A DNA stretch of 64,000 bases from the NCBI GenBank assembly GCA_051362555.1, contig CM120640.1, forward strand, positions 14,942,001-15,006,000. Direction: 5' to 3'. The notes under the pieces were generated by a model. It did not search any database. It was not told the DNA's origin and was given only the letters and a program-made list of their open reading frames with translations. The position numbers and the translations under genes are program-made. This stretch comes from Lingula anatina. Its lineage: Eukaryota; Animalia; Brachiopoda. This document shows positions 14,001 to 26,584 of this stretch, piece after piece (positions within the stretch are counted from its first letter, which is position 1; each line of letters begins with the position of its first letter).

Positions 14001-16801
14001 TAAAAAAATACTTACAATCTTCCATAATCTCTGTTCTTTTTTTCTTCATTACAACATAACTTTTCTCGAAACTAATTCCACTTTTTCCATCTAGGTAAGT
14101 GTCTGAAAAAGAAAATTATCTACCAACATCAATATTAAATTGACATTTTAGCCAATACCTCCATGTGAGATTTGTCTTTGACTTACCACATACCACAATA
14201 TCCAAAGAGATTGAAAATACAGGTAATGCTGAAACAGATATATTTCACAAAGAATCACTGTCCAATGCAAATAAAGCAAAGAATGTTTAAACTGGATCAA
14301 ACCAAAATATCCAGCGGGTGGTGTCCCAGCACCCACACACCGTGCTTTAAAACACATTGGCTAATATGTCTTTCATAAGCAAACATACTATTTCCAATTA
14401 AAGAAAAGACAATAACCTGAAAATCCCATTGGGAAAATCAAAAATAAATTTCTCAGCAATAAAAAATACTTACAATCTTCCATAATGTCTTTTCTTTTTT
14501 CTCCATTACAACATACCTTTTCATCCAATCTAACTCAACTTTTTTCCATCTTCCTTGTTGTCTCAAAAAGAAAATTATCTACCAACATCAATATTAAGAT
14601 TCACATTTGTGCCATATATCCCTCCATGTGAGATTTGAACTTGTCTTAACACATACCACAATATCCAAAGAGATTGAAAATACAGATAATGCTGAAACAT
14701 ATATATATTTCACAAAGAAACACTGTCCAATGCAAATAAAGCAAAGAATGTTTAAACTGGATCAAGCCAAAATATCCAGCGGGTGGTGTCCCAGCACCCA
14801 CACACCGTGCTTTAAAACACATTGGCTAAGATTCCTTTGATAAGCAAACATACTATTTGCAATTAAAGAAAAGACAATAACCTGAAAATCCCATTGGGAA
14901 AATCAAAAATAAATTTCTCAGCAATAAAAAGATACTTACAATCTTCCATAATGTCTGTTTTTTTTTTCTCCATTACAACATACCTTTTTCTCCAAACTAA
15001 TTCCACTTTTTCCATCTGGGTAAGTGTCTGAAAAAGAAAATTATCTACCAACATCAATATTAAATTGACATTTTAGCCATATATCCCTCCATGTGAGATT
15101 TGTCTTGACTTACCACATACCACAATATCCAAAGAGATTGAAAATACAGGTAATGCTGAAACATATATATATATATATTTCACAAAAAAACACTGTCCAA
15201 TGCAAATAAAGCAAAGAATGTTTAAACTGGATCAAACCAAAATACCCAGCGGGTGGTGTCCCAGCACCCACAGACCGTGCTTTAAAACACACTAGCTAAT
15301 ATTCCTTTGATAAGCAAACATACTTTTTACAATTAAAGAAAAGACAATAACCTGAAAATACCATTGGGAAAATCTAATCTAAATTTCTCAGGAATCAAAA
15401 GATACTTACAATCTTCCATAATGTCTGTTTTTTTTTCTCCATTACAACATATGTTTTTCTCCAAACTAATTTAACCTTTTTCATCTGGGTTGGTGTCTGA
15501 AAAAGAAAATTATCTTCCAACATCAATATTAAGGTTCACATTTGTACAATATATCCCTCCATGTGAGATTTGTCTTTGACTTAACACATACCACAATATC
15601 CAAAGAGATTGAAAATATAGGTAATGCTGAAACATATATATATTTCACAAAAAAACACTGCCCAATGCAAATAAAGCAAAGAATGTTTAAACTGGATCAA
15701 GCCAAAATATCCAGCGGGTGGTGTCCCAGCACCCACACACCGTGCTTTAAAACACATTAGCTAATATTTCTTTGATAAGCAAACATACTATTTGCAATTA
15801 AAGAAAAGACAATAACCTGAAAATACTATTGGGAAAATCAAAAATAAATTTCTCAGCAATAAAAAGATACTTACAATCTTCCATAATGTCTGTTTTTTTT
15901 CTCCATTACAACATACCTTTTCATCCAAACTAATTCCACTTTTTCCATCTGGGTAAGTGTCTGAAAAGGAAAATTATCTACCAACATCAATATTAAATTG
16001 ACATTTGTGCCATATATCCCTCCATGTGAGATTTGCCCTTGTCTTACCACATACCACAATATCCAAAGAGATTGAAAATACAGGTAATGCTGAAACATAT
16101 ATATATATATTTCACAAAAAAACACTGTCCAATGCAAATAAAGCAAAGAATGTTTAAACTGGATCAAGCCAAAATACCCAGCGGGTGGTGTCCCAGCACC
16201 CACAGACCGTGCTTTAAAACACACTGGCTAATATTCCTTTGATAAGGAAACATACTTTTTACAATTAAAGAAAAGACAATAACCTGAAAATACCATTGGG
16301 AAAATCTAATCTAAATTTCTCAGGAATCAAAAGATACTTACAATCTTCCATAATGTCTATCTTTTTTTCTCCATTACAACATATGTTTTTCTCCAAACTA
16401 ATTTAACCTTTTTCATCTGGGTTGGTGTCTGAAAAAGAAAATTATCTTCCAACATCAATATTAAGGTTCACATTTGTACCATATATCCCTCCATGTGAGA
16501 TTTGTCTTTGACTTACCACATACCACAATATCCAAAGAGATTGAAAATATAGGTAATGCTGAAACATATATATATTTCACAAAGAAACACTGTCCAATGC
16601 AAATAAAGCAAAGAATGTTTAAACTGGATCAAGCCAAAATATCCAGCGGGTGGTGTCCCAGCACCCACACACTGTGCTTTAAAAGACATTGGCTAATATT
16701 TCTTTGATAAGCAAACATACTATTTGCAATTAAAGAAAAGACAATAACCTGAAAATACTATTGGGAAAATCAAAAATAAATTTCTCAGCAATAAAAATAT
16801 A

Positions 16802-19405
16802 CGGTAAAGTCTTGAAAATTTCGTCGTTCTTGAAAATTTCGTTGGCAGACGATTTTCCGCCGACGTAATTTTTTTCCCTTTGAAAACTTCGTCGACCTTG
16901 AAAATGAGGTACTCGATAATTTTTGAAAATTTAGTCACCAAATATGGCCGCGTTGTCCAGCTCAAACATGAAGGTAATGCGTCAGTTGATTCAAGACAAT
17001 GATACGATCAGGATTTCATTGCCGATAACACTCTCAATGGGAGATAGGAACAATAGTGCGCCCCTGCGAGCGGTTACTCACAATATAGGTGGTTTAGATG
17101 TGAATTCCCGTTCTCAATTGCGGGAACGTCGGCCTTTTGTCTTTAGTTGCATTACTATTACCTGGCTTAAGGTGCGTTATCAAGCTGGCAAATAGAAGTC
17201 ACAGGCCGCGGCTTTGTCATTTGTAACGCCGTTATTGTTATCGGCGGCTGTCCTAAATGAGGAAGACACAATGAAAAAATTAAGATATTATCTCGAAGTG
17301 AAATGTACCCGTCACTTCTATTCATGTCCATGTTCAATTTAGGACCATTTAACGATTACCTGGCTCGTACATGGAGATCGTTCGCAATGCGAATGGGACG
17401 AGATGGCAATTTTCATATCTTCAGCGGAGAATCGTTCGCGTAATATCGTCAACAGATCGTTCGCGATCCAAACGAGACGAGAAGATAATTTTCATATTTG
17501 TAGCGGACTCCGTTGGAATAAGATCATCAGCGGGAGATCGTTTGCGATTCGAGAGAGACGAAAAGGCAATCTTCATATCTTCAGCGGGAGATCGTTCGCG
17601 ATGTAAGCGAGAATAAAATGCACTTTTCATATTTGTTCAAGGGAACTTCGTTCGTGGAAGATCGTCAGCAGGAGATCATTATTTTAACCCCCCCTCCCCC
17701 TTTGAACTTTATAAATAATATATATTTTTCATTTTATCTTTAATCCCCCCTTCCCCCGCTCACATCATATCTTCAGCGGAGAATCGTTCGCGTAATATCG
17801 TGAAGACTTTGTTCGCGTAAGATCGTCAAAGGGAGATCGTTCGCGATCCGAGCGAGACGAAAAGGCAATTTTCATATCATCAATGGGAGATCGATCGCGA
17901 TGTAAGCAAGAATGAAATGCAATTTTCATATTAGTTCAAGGGATTTAGGGAACTTAGTTCGCGGAAGATCGTCAGCGGGAGATTATTTAACTCCCCCCCC
18001 CACACACACACACTTTAGATTTAAAAAAAATATTCATTTTCATTTGATCTTTAATCCGCCCCCCCCCCCTTTCCCCGCTCAGTGACGGTATATCTTCGGA
18101 GGAGAATCGTTCGCGTAATATCCTCAGGACTTTCTTCGAGTAAGATCATATCAGAGGGAGATCGTTCGCGATCCTAGCTTGACGTAAAGGCAATTTTCAT
18201 ATCTTCATCGGGAGATTGTTTGCGATGTAAGCAATAATAAAATGCAGTTTTCATATTAGTTCAAGGAACTTAGTTTGCGAACGATCGTCAGCGGGAGATC
18301 ATTATTTTAACCCCGCCTCCCCCTTTGAATATAATAAATAATATATATATTTAGTTTTATCTTTAACCCCCCTTCCCCGCTCAGGGCATATCTTCGGCGG
18401 AGAATCGTTTGCGTACTATCGCCAGGACTTTGTTCGCGTAAAATCGTCAGAGGGAGATCGTTCGCGAGACGAAAATGCAGTTTTCATATCATCATTGGGA
18501 GATTGTCCGCGATGTAAGCAAGAATGAAATGCAATTTTCATATTAGTTCAAGGGATTTAGGGAACTTCGTTCGCGGAAGATCGTCAGCGGGAGATGATTA
18601 TTTAACCCCCCCCCCCCCCAAACACACACGCACTTTGGATTTTTTTGAAATTTTATCTTTAATCCGCCCCCTGCCCTGCTCACGGTATATCTTCGGCGGA
18701 GAATCGTTCGCGTAATATTCTCAGGACTTTGTTCGCCTAAGATCATATCAGAGGGAGATCGTTCGCGATCCTTGCTAGACGAAATGGCAATTTTCACATC
18801 TTCATCGGGTGATTGTTCGCGAAGTAAGCAATAATAAAATGCAGTTTTCATATTAGTTCAAGGAACTTAAATTGCGGAAGATCGTCAACGGGAGATCATT
18901 ATTTTAACTCCCTGTAAATTTTTAGGAAGTTACAGATGGTAATTTTAGAAGACCTGACACTCAATCCTGGGAAAAGCCCTGCATGCAACAAACGTTCCCA
19001 AGTGCGTATTTTTTTTTTTTAACATGTCGCGTCCAGGTTATGATGCAAGGTTGCAATTAGGCTTATCTTGATCCTTCTCCTCTATCAGGAGGAATGTTTC
19101 TTACCAAGAAAATAATTATCAACATGTTTTCGGGTACAGTAAGTTAAATATAACTTGATCGAGATGCACTAATAAATAGATTATTATTTACCACCAGAAA
19201 ATGACTTAGGAAGTAGTAATAAATATCCCACCATATAGGAGGGTCAAAGATAACAGTCGCCAAGGATAAAAGCCCAAAGGCCGGATTTTTGAAAATTTCG
19301 TCATACCCAGGAGTCGGGGAGAGGTAATTTTGAAAAATTAGTCGGATTTACATAATTAAAAATATTAATTAATTTTTAAGCGACGAAATTTTCAAGACTT
19401 TACCG
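16802..19405. mobile_element. Non-autonomous TIR DNA transposon (2604 bp), TA target-site duplication, Tc1/mariner-pogo-like
   Basis: Perfect 25-bp TIR CGGTAAAGTCTTGAAAATTTCGTCG (16802-16826; reverse complement at 19381-19405). TA at 16800-16801 and 19406-19407. Removing the element restores the satellite variant aataaaaatatacttacaatc. No transposase ORF. Confidence 0.9.
17370..18915. repeat. Internal tandem array (~305-bp unit, ~5 copies, alternating A/B types) inside the TIR element
   Basis: tttaa(c/ct)ccc anchors at ~17681, 17985, 18304, 18600 and 18901; units built from repeated ggagatcgttcgcg sub-motifs. Confidence 0.9.
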
Positions 19406-22400
19406 TACTTACAATCTTCCATAATCTCTGTTCTTTTTTTCTCCATTACAACATACCTTTTTCTCCAAACTAATTCCACTTTTTCCATCTGGGTAAGTGT
19501 CTTAAAAAGAAAATTATCTACCAACATCAATATTAAATTGACATTTTAGCCATATATCCCTCCATGTGAGATTTGTCTTTGACTTACCACATACCACAAT
19601 ATCCAAAGAGATTGAAAATACAGGTAATGCTGAAGCAGATATATTTCACAAAGAATCACTGTCCAATGCAAATAAAGCAAAGAATGTTTAAACTGGATCA
19701 AACCAAAATATCCAGCGGGTGGTGTCCCAGCACCCACAGAACGTGTGTTAAAACACATTGGCTAAAATTTCTTTGATAAGCAAACATACTATTTACAATT
19801 AAAGAAAAGACAATAACCTGAAAATCCCATTGGGAAAATCAAAAATAAATTTCTCAGCAATAAAAAAATACTTACAATCTTCCATAATGTCTTTTCTTTT
19901 TTCTCCATTACAACATACCTTTTCATCCAATCTAACTCAACTTTTTTCCATCTTCCTTGTCTGAAAAAGAAAATTATCTACCAACATCAATATTAAGGTT
20001 CACATTTGTGCCATATATCCCTCCATGTGAGATTTACCCTTGTCTTACCACATACCACAATATCCAAAAAGATTGAAAATACAGATAATGCTGAAACATA
20101 TATACAGGTATATTTCACAAAGAAACACTGTCCAATGCAAATAAAGCAAAGAATGTTTAAACTGGATCAAGCCAAAATATCCAGCGGGTGGTGTCCCAGC
20201 ACCCACACCGTGCTTTGAAACACATTGGCTAATATTCCTTTGATAAGCAAACATACTATTTGCATTTAAAGAAAAGACAATAACCTGAAAATCCCATTGG
20301 GAAAATCAAAAATAAATTTCTCAGCAATAGAAAGATACTTACAATCTTCCATAATGTCTGTTTTTTTTTTCTCTTTTTCAACATACCTTTTTCTCCAAAC
20401 TAATTCCACTTTTTCCATCTGGGTAGGTGTCTGAAAAAGAAAATTATCTACCAACATCAATATTAAATTGACATTTGTGCCATATATCCCTCCATGTGAG
20501 ATTTGCCCTTGTCTTACCACATACCACAATATCCAAAGAGATTGAAAATACAGGTAATGCTGAAACAGATATATTTCACAAAGAATCACTGTCCAATGCA
20601 AATAAAGCAAAGAATGTTTAAACTGGATCAAACCAAAATATCCAGTGGGTGGTGTCCCAGCACCCACACACCGTGCTTTAAAACACATTGGCTAATATTC
20701 CTTTGATAAGCAAACATACTATTTACAATTAAAAAAAAAAAAGACAATAACCTGAAAATCCCATTGGGAAAATCAAAAATAAATTTCTCAGCAATAAAAA
20801 AATACTTACAATCTTCCATAATGTCTTTTCTTTTTTCTCCATTACAACATACCTTTTCATCCAATCTAACTCAACTTTTTTCCATCTTCCTTGTTGTCTC
20901 AAAAAGAAAATTATCTACCAACATCAATATTAAGGTTCACATTTGTGCCATATATCCCTCCATGTGAGATTTGAACTTGTCTTAACACATACCACAATAT
21001 CCAAAGAGATTGAAAATACAGATAATGCTGAAACAGATATATTTCACAAAGAAACACTGTCCAATGCAAATAAAGCAAAGAATGTTTAAACTGGATCAAG
21101 CCAAAATATCCAGCGGGTGGTGTCCCAGCACCCACACACCGTGCTTTAAAACACATTGGCTAAGATTCCTTTGATAAGCAAACATACTATTTGCAATTAA
21201 AGAAAAGACAATAACCTGAAAATCCCATTGGGAAAATCAAAAATAAATTTCTCAGCAATAAAAAGATACTTACAATCTTCCATAATGTCTTTTCTTTTTT
21301 CTCCATTACAACATACCTTTTCATCCAATCTAACTCAACTTTTTTCCATCTTCCTTGTCTGAAAAAGAAAATTATCTACCAACATCAATATTAAGGTTCA
21401 CATTTGTGCCATATATCCCTCCATGTGAGATTTGCCCTTGTCTTACCACATACCACAATATCCAAAGAGATTGAAAATACAGATAATGCTGAAACATATA
21501 TATATTTCACAAAGAAACACTGTCCAATGCAAATAAAGCAAAGAATGTTTAAACTGGATCAAGCCAAAATATCCAGCGGGTGGTGTCCCAGCACCCACAC
21601 ACCGTGCTTTAAAAGACATTGGCTAATATTTCTTTGATAAGCAAACATACTATTTGCAATTAAAGAAAAGACAATAACCTGAAAATACTATTGGGAAAAT
21701 CAAAAATAAATTTCTCAGCAATAGAAAGATACTTACAATCTTCCATAATGTCTGTTTTTTTTTTTTCTCCATTACAACATACCTTTTTCTCCAAACTAAT
21801 TCCACTTTTTCCATCTGGGTAAGTGTCTGAAAAAGAAAATTATCTACCAACATCAATATTAAATTGACATTTGTGCCATATATCCCTCCATGTGAGATTT
21901 GCCCTTGTCTTACCACATACCACAATATCCAAAGAGATTGAAAATACAGGTAATGCTGAAACAGATATATTTCACAAAGAATCACTGTCCAATGCAATTA
22001 AAGCAAAGAATGTTTAAACTGGATCAAACCAAAATATCCAGCGGGTGGTGTCCCAGCACCCACAGAACGTGTGTTAAAACACATTGGCTAAAATTTCTTT
22101 GATAAGCAAACATACTATTTACAATTAAAGAAAAGACAATAACCTGAAAATCCCATTGGGAAAATAAAAATAAATTTCTCAGCAATAAAAAAATACTTAC
22201 AATCTTCCATAATGTCTTTTCTTTTTTCTCCATTACAACATACCTTTTCATCCAATCTAACTCAACTTTTTTCCATCTTCCTTGTCTGAAAAAGAAAATT
22301 ATCTACCAACATCAATATTAAGGTTCACATTTGTGCCATATATCCCTCCATGTGAGATTTACCCTTGTCTTACCACATACCACAATATCCAAACAGATTG

Positions 22401-24428
22401 AAAATACAGATAATGCTGAAACATATATACAGGTATATTTCACAAAGAAACACTGTCCAATGCAAATAAAGCAAAGATTGTTTAAACTGGATCAAGCCAA
22501 AATATCCAGCGGGTGGTGTCCCAGCACCCACACACCGTGCTTTGAAACACATTGGCTAATATTCCTTTGATAAGCAAACATACTATTTGCATTTAAAGAA
22601 AAGACAATAACCTGAAAATCCCATTGGGAAAATCAAAAATAAATTTCTCAGCAATAGAAAGATACTTACAATCTTCCATAATGTCTGTTTTTTTTTCTCC
22701 ATTACAACATACCTTTTTCTCCAAACTAATTCCACTTTTTCCATCTGGGTATGTGTCTGAAAAAGAAAATTATCTACCAACATCAATATTAAATTGACAT
22801 TTGTGCCATATATCCCTCCATGTGAGATTTGCCCTTGTCTTACCACATACCACAATATCCAAAGAGATTGAAAATACAGGTAATGCTGAAACAGATATAT
22901 TTCACAAAGAATCACTGTCCAATGCAAATAAAGCAAAGAATGTTTAAACTGGATCAAACCAAAATATCCAGTGGGTGGTGTCCCAGCACCCACACACCGT
23001 GCTTTAAAACACATTGGCTAATATTCCTTTGATAAGCAAACATACTATTTACAATTAAAAAAAAAAGACAATAACCTGAAAATCTCATTGGGAAAATCAA
23101 AAATAAATTTCTCAGCAATAAAAAAATACTTACAATCTTCCATAATGTCTTTTCTTTTTTCTCCATTACAACATACCTTTTCATCCAATCTAACTCAACT
23201 TTTTTCCATCTTCCTTGTTGTCTCAAAAAGAAAATTATCTACCAACATCAATATTAAGGTTCACATTTGTGCCATATATCCCTCCATGAGAGATTTGAAC
23301 TTGTCTTAACACATACCACAATATCCAAAGAGATTGAAAATACAGATAATGCTGAAACAGATATATTTCACAAAGAAACACTGTCCAATGCAAATAAAGC
23401 AAAGAATGTTTAAACTGGATCAAGCCAAAATATCCAGCGGGTGGTGTCCCAGCACCCACACACCGTGCTTTAAAACACATTGGCTAAGATTCCTTTGATA
23501 AGCAAACATACTATTTGCAATTAAAGAAAAGACAATAACCTGAAAATCCCATTGGGAAAATCAAAAATAAATTTCTCAGCAATAAAAAGATACTTACAAT
23601 CTTCCATAATGTCTTTTCTTTTTTCTCCATTACAACATACCTTTTCATCCAATCTAACTCAACTTTTTTCCATCTTCCTTGTCTGAAAAAGAAAATTATC
23701 TACCAACATCAATATTAAGGTTCACATTTGTGCCATATATCCCTCCATGTGAGATTTGCCCTTGTCTTACCACATACCACAATATCCAAAGAGATTGAAA
23801 ATACAGATAATGCTGAAACATATATATATTTCACAAAGAAACACTGTCCAATGCAAATAAAGCAAAGAATGTTTAAACTGGATCAAGCCAAAATATCCAG
23901 CGGGTGGTGTCCCAGCACCCACACACCGTGCTTTAAAACACATTGGCTAAGATTCCTTTGATAAGCAAACATACTATTTGCAATTAAAGAAAAGACAATA
24001 ACCTGAAAATCCCATTGGGAAAATCAAAAATAAATTTCTCAGCAATAAAAAGATACTTACAATCTTCCATAATGTCTTTTCTTTTTTCTCCATTACAACA
24101 TACCTTTTCATCCAATCTAACTCAACTTTTTTCCATCTTCCTTGTCTGAAAAAGAAAATTATCTACCAACATCAATATTAAGGTTCACATTTGTGCCATA
24201 TATCCCTCCATGTGAGATTTGCCCTTGTCTTACCACATACCACAATATCCAAAGAGATTGAAAATACAGATAATGCTGAAACATATATATATTTCACAAA
24301 GAAACACTGTCCAATGCAAATAAAGCAAAGAATGTTTAAACTGGATCAAGCCAAAATATCCAGCGGGTGGTGTCCCAGCACCCACACACCGTGCTTTGAA
24401 ACACATTGGCTAATATTCCTTTGATAAG

Positions 24429-24645
24429 AGTAGTTACATCCGTACTATACGGGAGAAAAGAATTCCACTTTTTTCTTTTGTTATGTTACATCATTTGAAC
24501 AATGGAAAACCTATACCGGACAATGGGGATGTTTACAAAATAAACAAACAATTTTTTTAATGTAAACAAACGAGACTCCCTATTTTTGTTTACGTTTCAC
24601 TATGGTAACGGATGACGTCACAGAACGGGCCTGGGCATGTAGGAG
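24429..24645 (+). repeat. Polinton left terminal inverted repeat (217 bp)
   Basis: Reverse complement of 38610-38826; two mismatches seen by eye. Confidence 0.96.
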
Positions 24646-24802
24646 TAATGTTTACGTTTTGTCATAGCGACGGATGACGTCAAGCGCAATTCTTTTGTTA
24701 GGCGTGTTGCATGTTCAGGCGTGCAATTTGAAGGCTATATATGTTGGAATGGTCAAATCAAACTCCAATTCACTGACCTAAGTTGTACGTCCGAACATCA
24801 AA

Positions 24803-25678
24803 ATGTCGCAGTTCTTCAAACTTGGTGAAGATAGTCTGTTGTCGATATGCAGAAGCAAACAGGGGGTCCAGTTGGTCGTCTTCAGCGATTTGAAAACGTT
24901 GAACAAGATCCGGATGCCGCGAGAAGCATGGGAAGATTTTAAAAACACCCTGCCTTCCGTCCAAACTGCTATGTCTACCGATACTGAAATAGATGATCAG
25001 CTGGGGGAAAACTATAATGTCCGTGTGCTGTACGACATTGGTAAGGAGGAATCTGTGATGAAGCTAGCCTACGCACCGGTAAGTGCGTCGTATGAAGCGA
25101 TGTACGATGTACAATTTGACAAACGCACATTGGAGACGTTGCTGACCAAAATGCCTGAAATCAATGCAGCGCTGGGTGAAATCCCACCGACAACAGTCAG
25201 CGAGGAGCCGGAAGAAAGTGATGAAAGAATGTTTGGAGCCGAAAACGATGTAGAAGCAGACGTAGTATTAATTCATCTCATTTACGTGAAGTTGATCGTG
25301 CAGGAAATAGAGGCCATGCGTTACAGGTACTGTACTGGGTGTATAGCCGCGCACGGTTCCCAAAAGCATCACATGGATGGGTGTATGGCCGACTGGTCAG
25401 TTTCGGTACATGTTTACTTCACCAGGGCAAAAGCTGCTGTAAGTCATGAGGTAATACTGAAGGCCTACAAGTTAATGAAGAAAAAACTGAGACAACAAGA
25501 AAACCCATACATACTTTCCGTCATCATGACTGCATCGTTGCTGGAAGATTTTCGGAAAGACGTGGAGGAACCGAGCCATGCGTTATCCCCTGATACCGTC
25601 CTCGCTAGTATGGTCTACGATGTGTGCAAGATTGTATATGGCGAACATTTGTATAAGGCGATAAAAAAATCAGAATAA
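24803..25678 (+). CDS. Polinton accessory protein (291 aa), putative Zn-binding CxxC-H-SQ-H-C motif, possible PC4-like N-terminus
   Basis: Long ORF next to the TIR with upstream TATATA (~24736) and AATAAA overlapping the stop; motif YCTGCIAAHGSQKHHMDGC. Function is inference. Confidence 0.7.
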   Translation: MSQFFKLGEDSLLSICRSKQGVQLVVFSDLKTLNKIRMPREAWEDFKNTLPSVQTAMSTDTEIDDQLGENYNVRVLYDIGKEESVMKLAYAPVSASYEAMYDVQFDKRTLETLLTKMPEINAALGEIPPTTVSEEPEESDERMFGAENDVEADVVLIHLIYVKLIVQEIEAMRYRYCTGCIAAHGSQKHHMDGCMADWSVSVHVYFTRAKAAVSHEVILKAYKLMKKKLRQQENPYILSVIMTASLLEDFRKDVEEPSHALSPDTVLASMVYDVCKIVYGEHLYKAIKKSE

Positions 25679-25775
25679 ACTTTGAATTGAACAGAAAAAG
25701 ACGCCGTATAATCTGTGTAGAATTAACAAAGTTTGCATGTACACTAGCTAGAAGTGTGCGATGAAAGAAGACATT

Positions 25776-25979
25776 TGATTGGTTGATTATGACATCATAT
25801 CTAAAAATAGATTTATATATGGAACGTTAATTTGATGTGATGAAGACAATTTGATAGTAAAGAGTTGTTTACAAACATTTCATTGATTAAAATAATATGT
25901 GATTTGATTGGTTGAAAAAATGTTATTTGCTGTTAGCTGTAACGTGATTGGTTAGAAAAAATGTAATACATGATTGGTT
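25776..25979 (+). promoter_or_regulatory. Cluster of four inverted CCAAT boxes (TGATTGGTT) upstream of the BIR/integrase/capsid block
   Basis: TGATTGGTT at 25776, 25905, 25945 and 25971 in a 377-bp intergenic gap. Confidence 0.6.
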
Positions 25980-26055
25980 GAAATAAACACACCGCTTACC
26001 TGAAAAATTACAAAAATGTGTTTGCGATCATTTTTCTTTATACTGAGTAGACAGA

Positions 26056-26523
26056 ATGGATGATGATCATCCGGAAACCGATTCCGAGTTGGGGGGTGTG
26101 CTATATGGACCGGTCATGCCATACGCAAAAGAAGAAGACCGAATTTTGAGTTTTCTTAATTGGCCGGGCAAACTACTTATCAACCCAATCCCTTTAGCCA
26201 TTAGTGGATTTTACCGAGACCCACGAGCGTCTAGACACGTTGATGTGGTTCGTTGTTTTTACTGCGATTTGTATCTAAAGAATTGGGACCCGCTGAGAGA
26301 TGCCCCAGATGTCGAACACGAACGACACTCTCCTCAGTGCACGATGAGTACGGTTGGAAAAAGAATAAATCAACGATTTAATGTACCACTTACACCTAAA
26401 AAGCGATTTCAAATGGTTAGGCTTTTTGTGGTAGATGACACACTACCCGTTGTACATACCGCCAGTACAGTAATGTCGCTACTAAATACCCATTACGATG
26501 AAACTGATGGGAACTATAAATAG
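26056..26523 (+). CDS. Single-BIR-domain protein (IAP-like), 155 aa
   Basis: EEDRILSFLNWP...LAISGFY...DVVRCFYC..LKNW...EHERHSPQC matches the BIR consensus with CxxC/H/C zinc ligands; no RING. Confidence 0.9.
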   Translation: MDDDHPETDSELGGVLYGPVMPYAKEEDRILSFLNWPGKLLINPIPLAISGFYRDPRASRHVDVVRCFYCDLYLKNWDPLRDAPDVEHERHSPQCTMSTVGKRINQRFNVPLTPKKRFQMVRLFVVDDTLPVVHTASTVMSLLNTHYDETDGNYK

Positions 26524-26584
26524 AGATAGGATAAAGAAAGAAATCATTTTGCTTGTTGGAATTGATCTATAACTGTATGAGAAA

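Noticed and set aside
16720-18851. ORFs inside the TIR element as transposase remnants
   Set aside because: Short, repeat-derived, with no DDE or HTH motifs.
5567-18915. Hammerhead ribozyme in the satellite or in the 305-bp unit
   Set aside because: No CTGAnGA seen in the 465-bp monomer. CTGACGA occurs on the minus strand of the 305-bp unit, but I could not build stem II plus GAAA around it. A covariance-model search would settle it.
5114-24428. CRISPR-like repeat-spacer array next to a viral element
   Set aside because: Whole monomers repeat with no unique spacers, there are no cas genes, and the context is eukaryotic.
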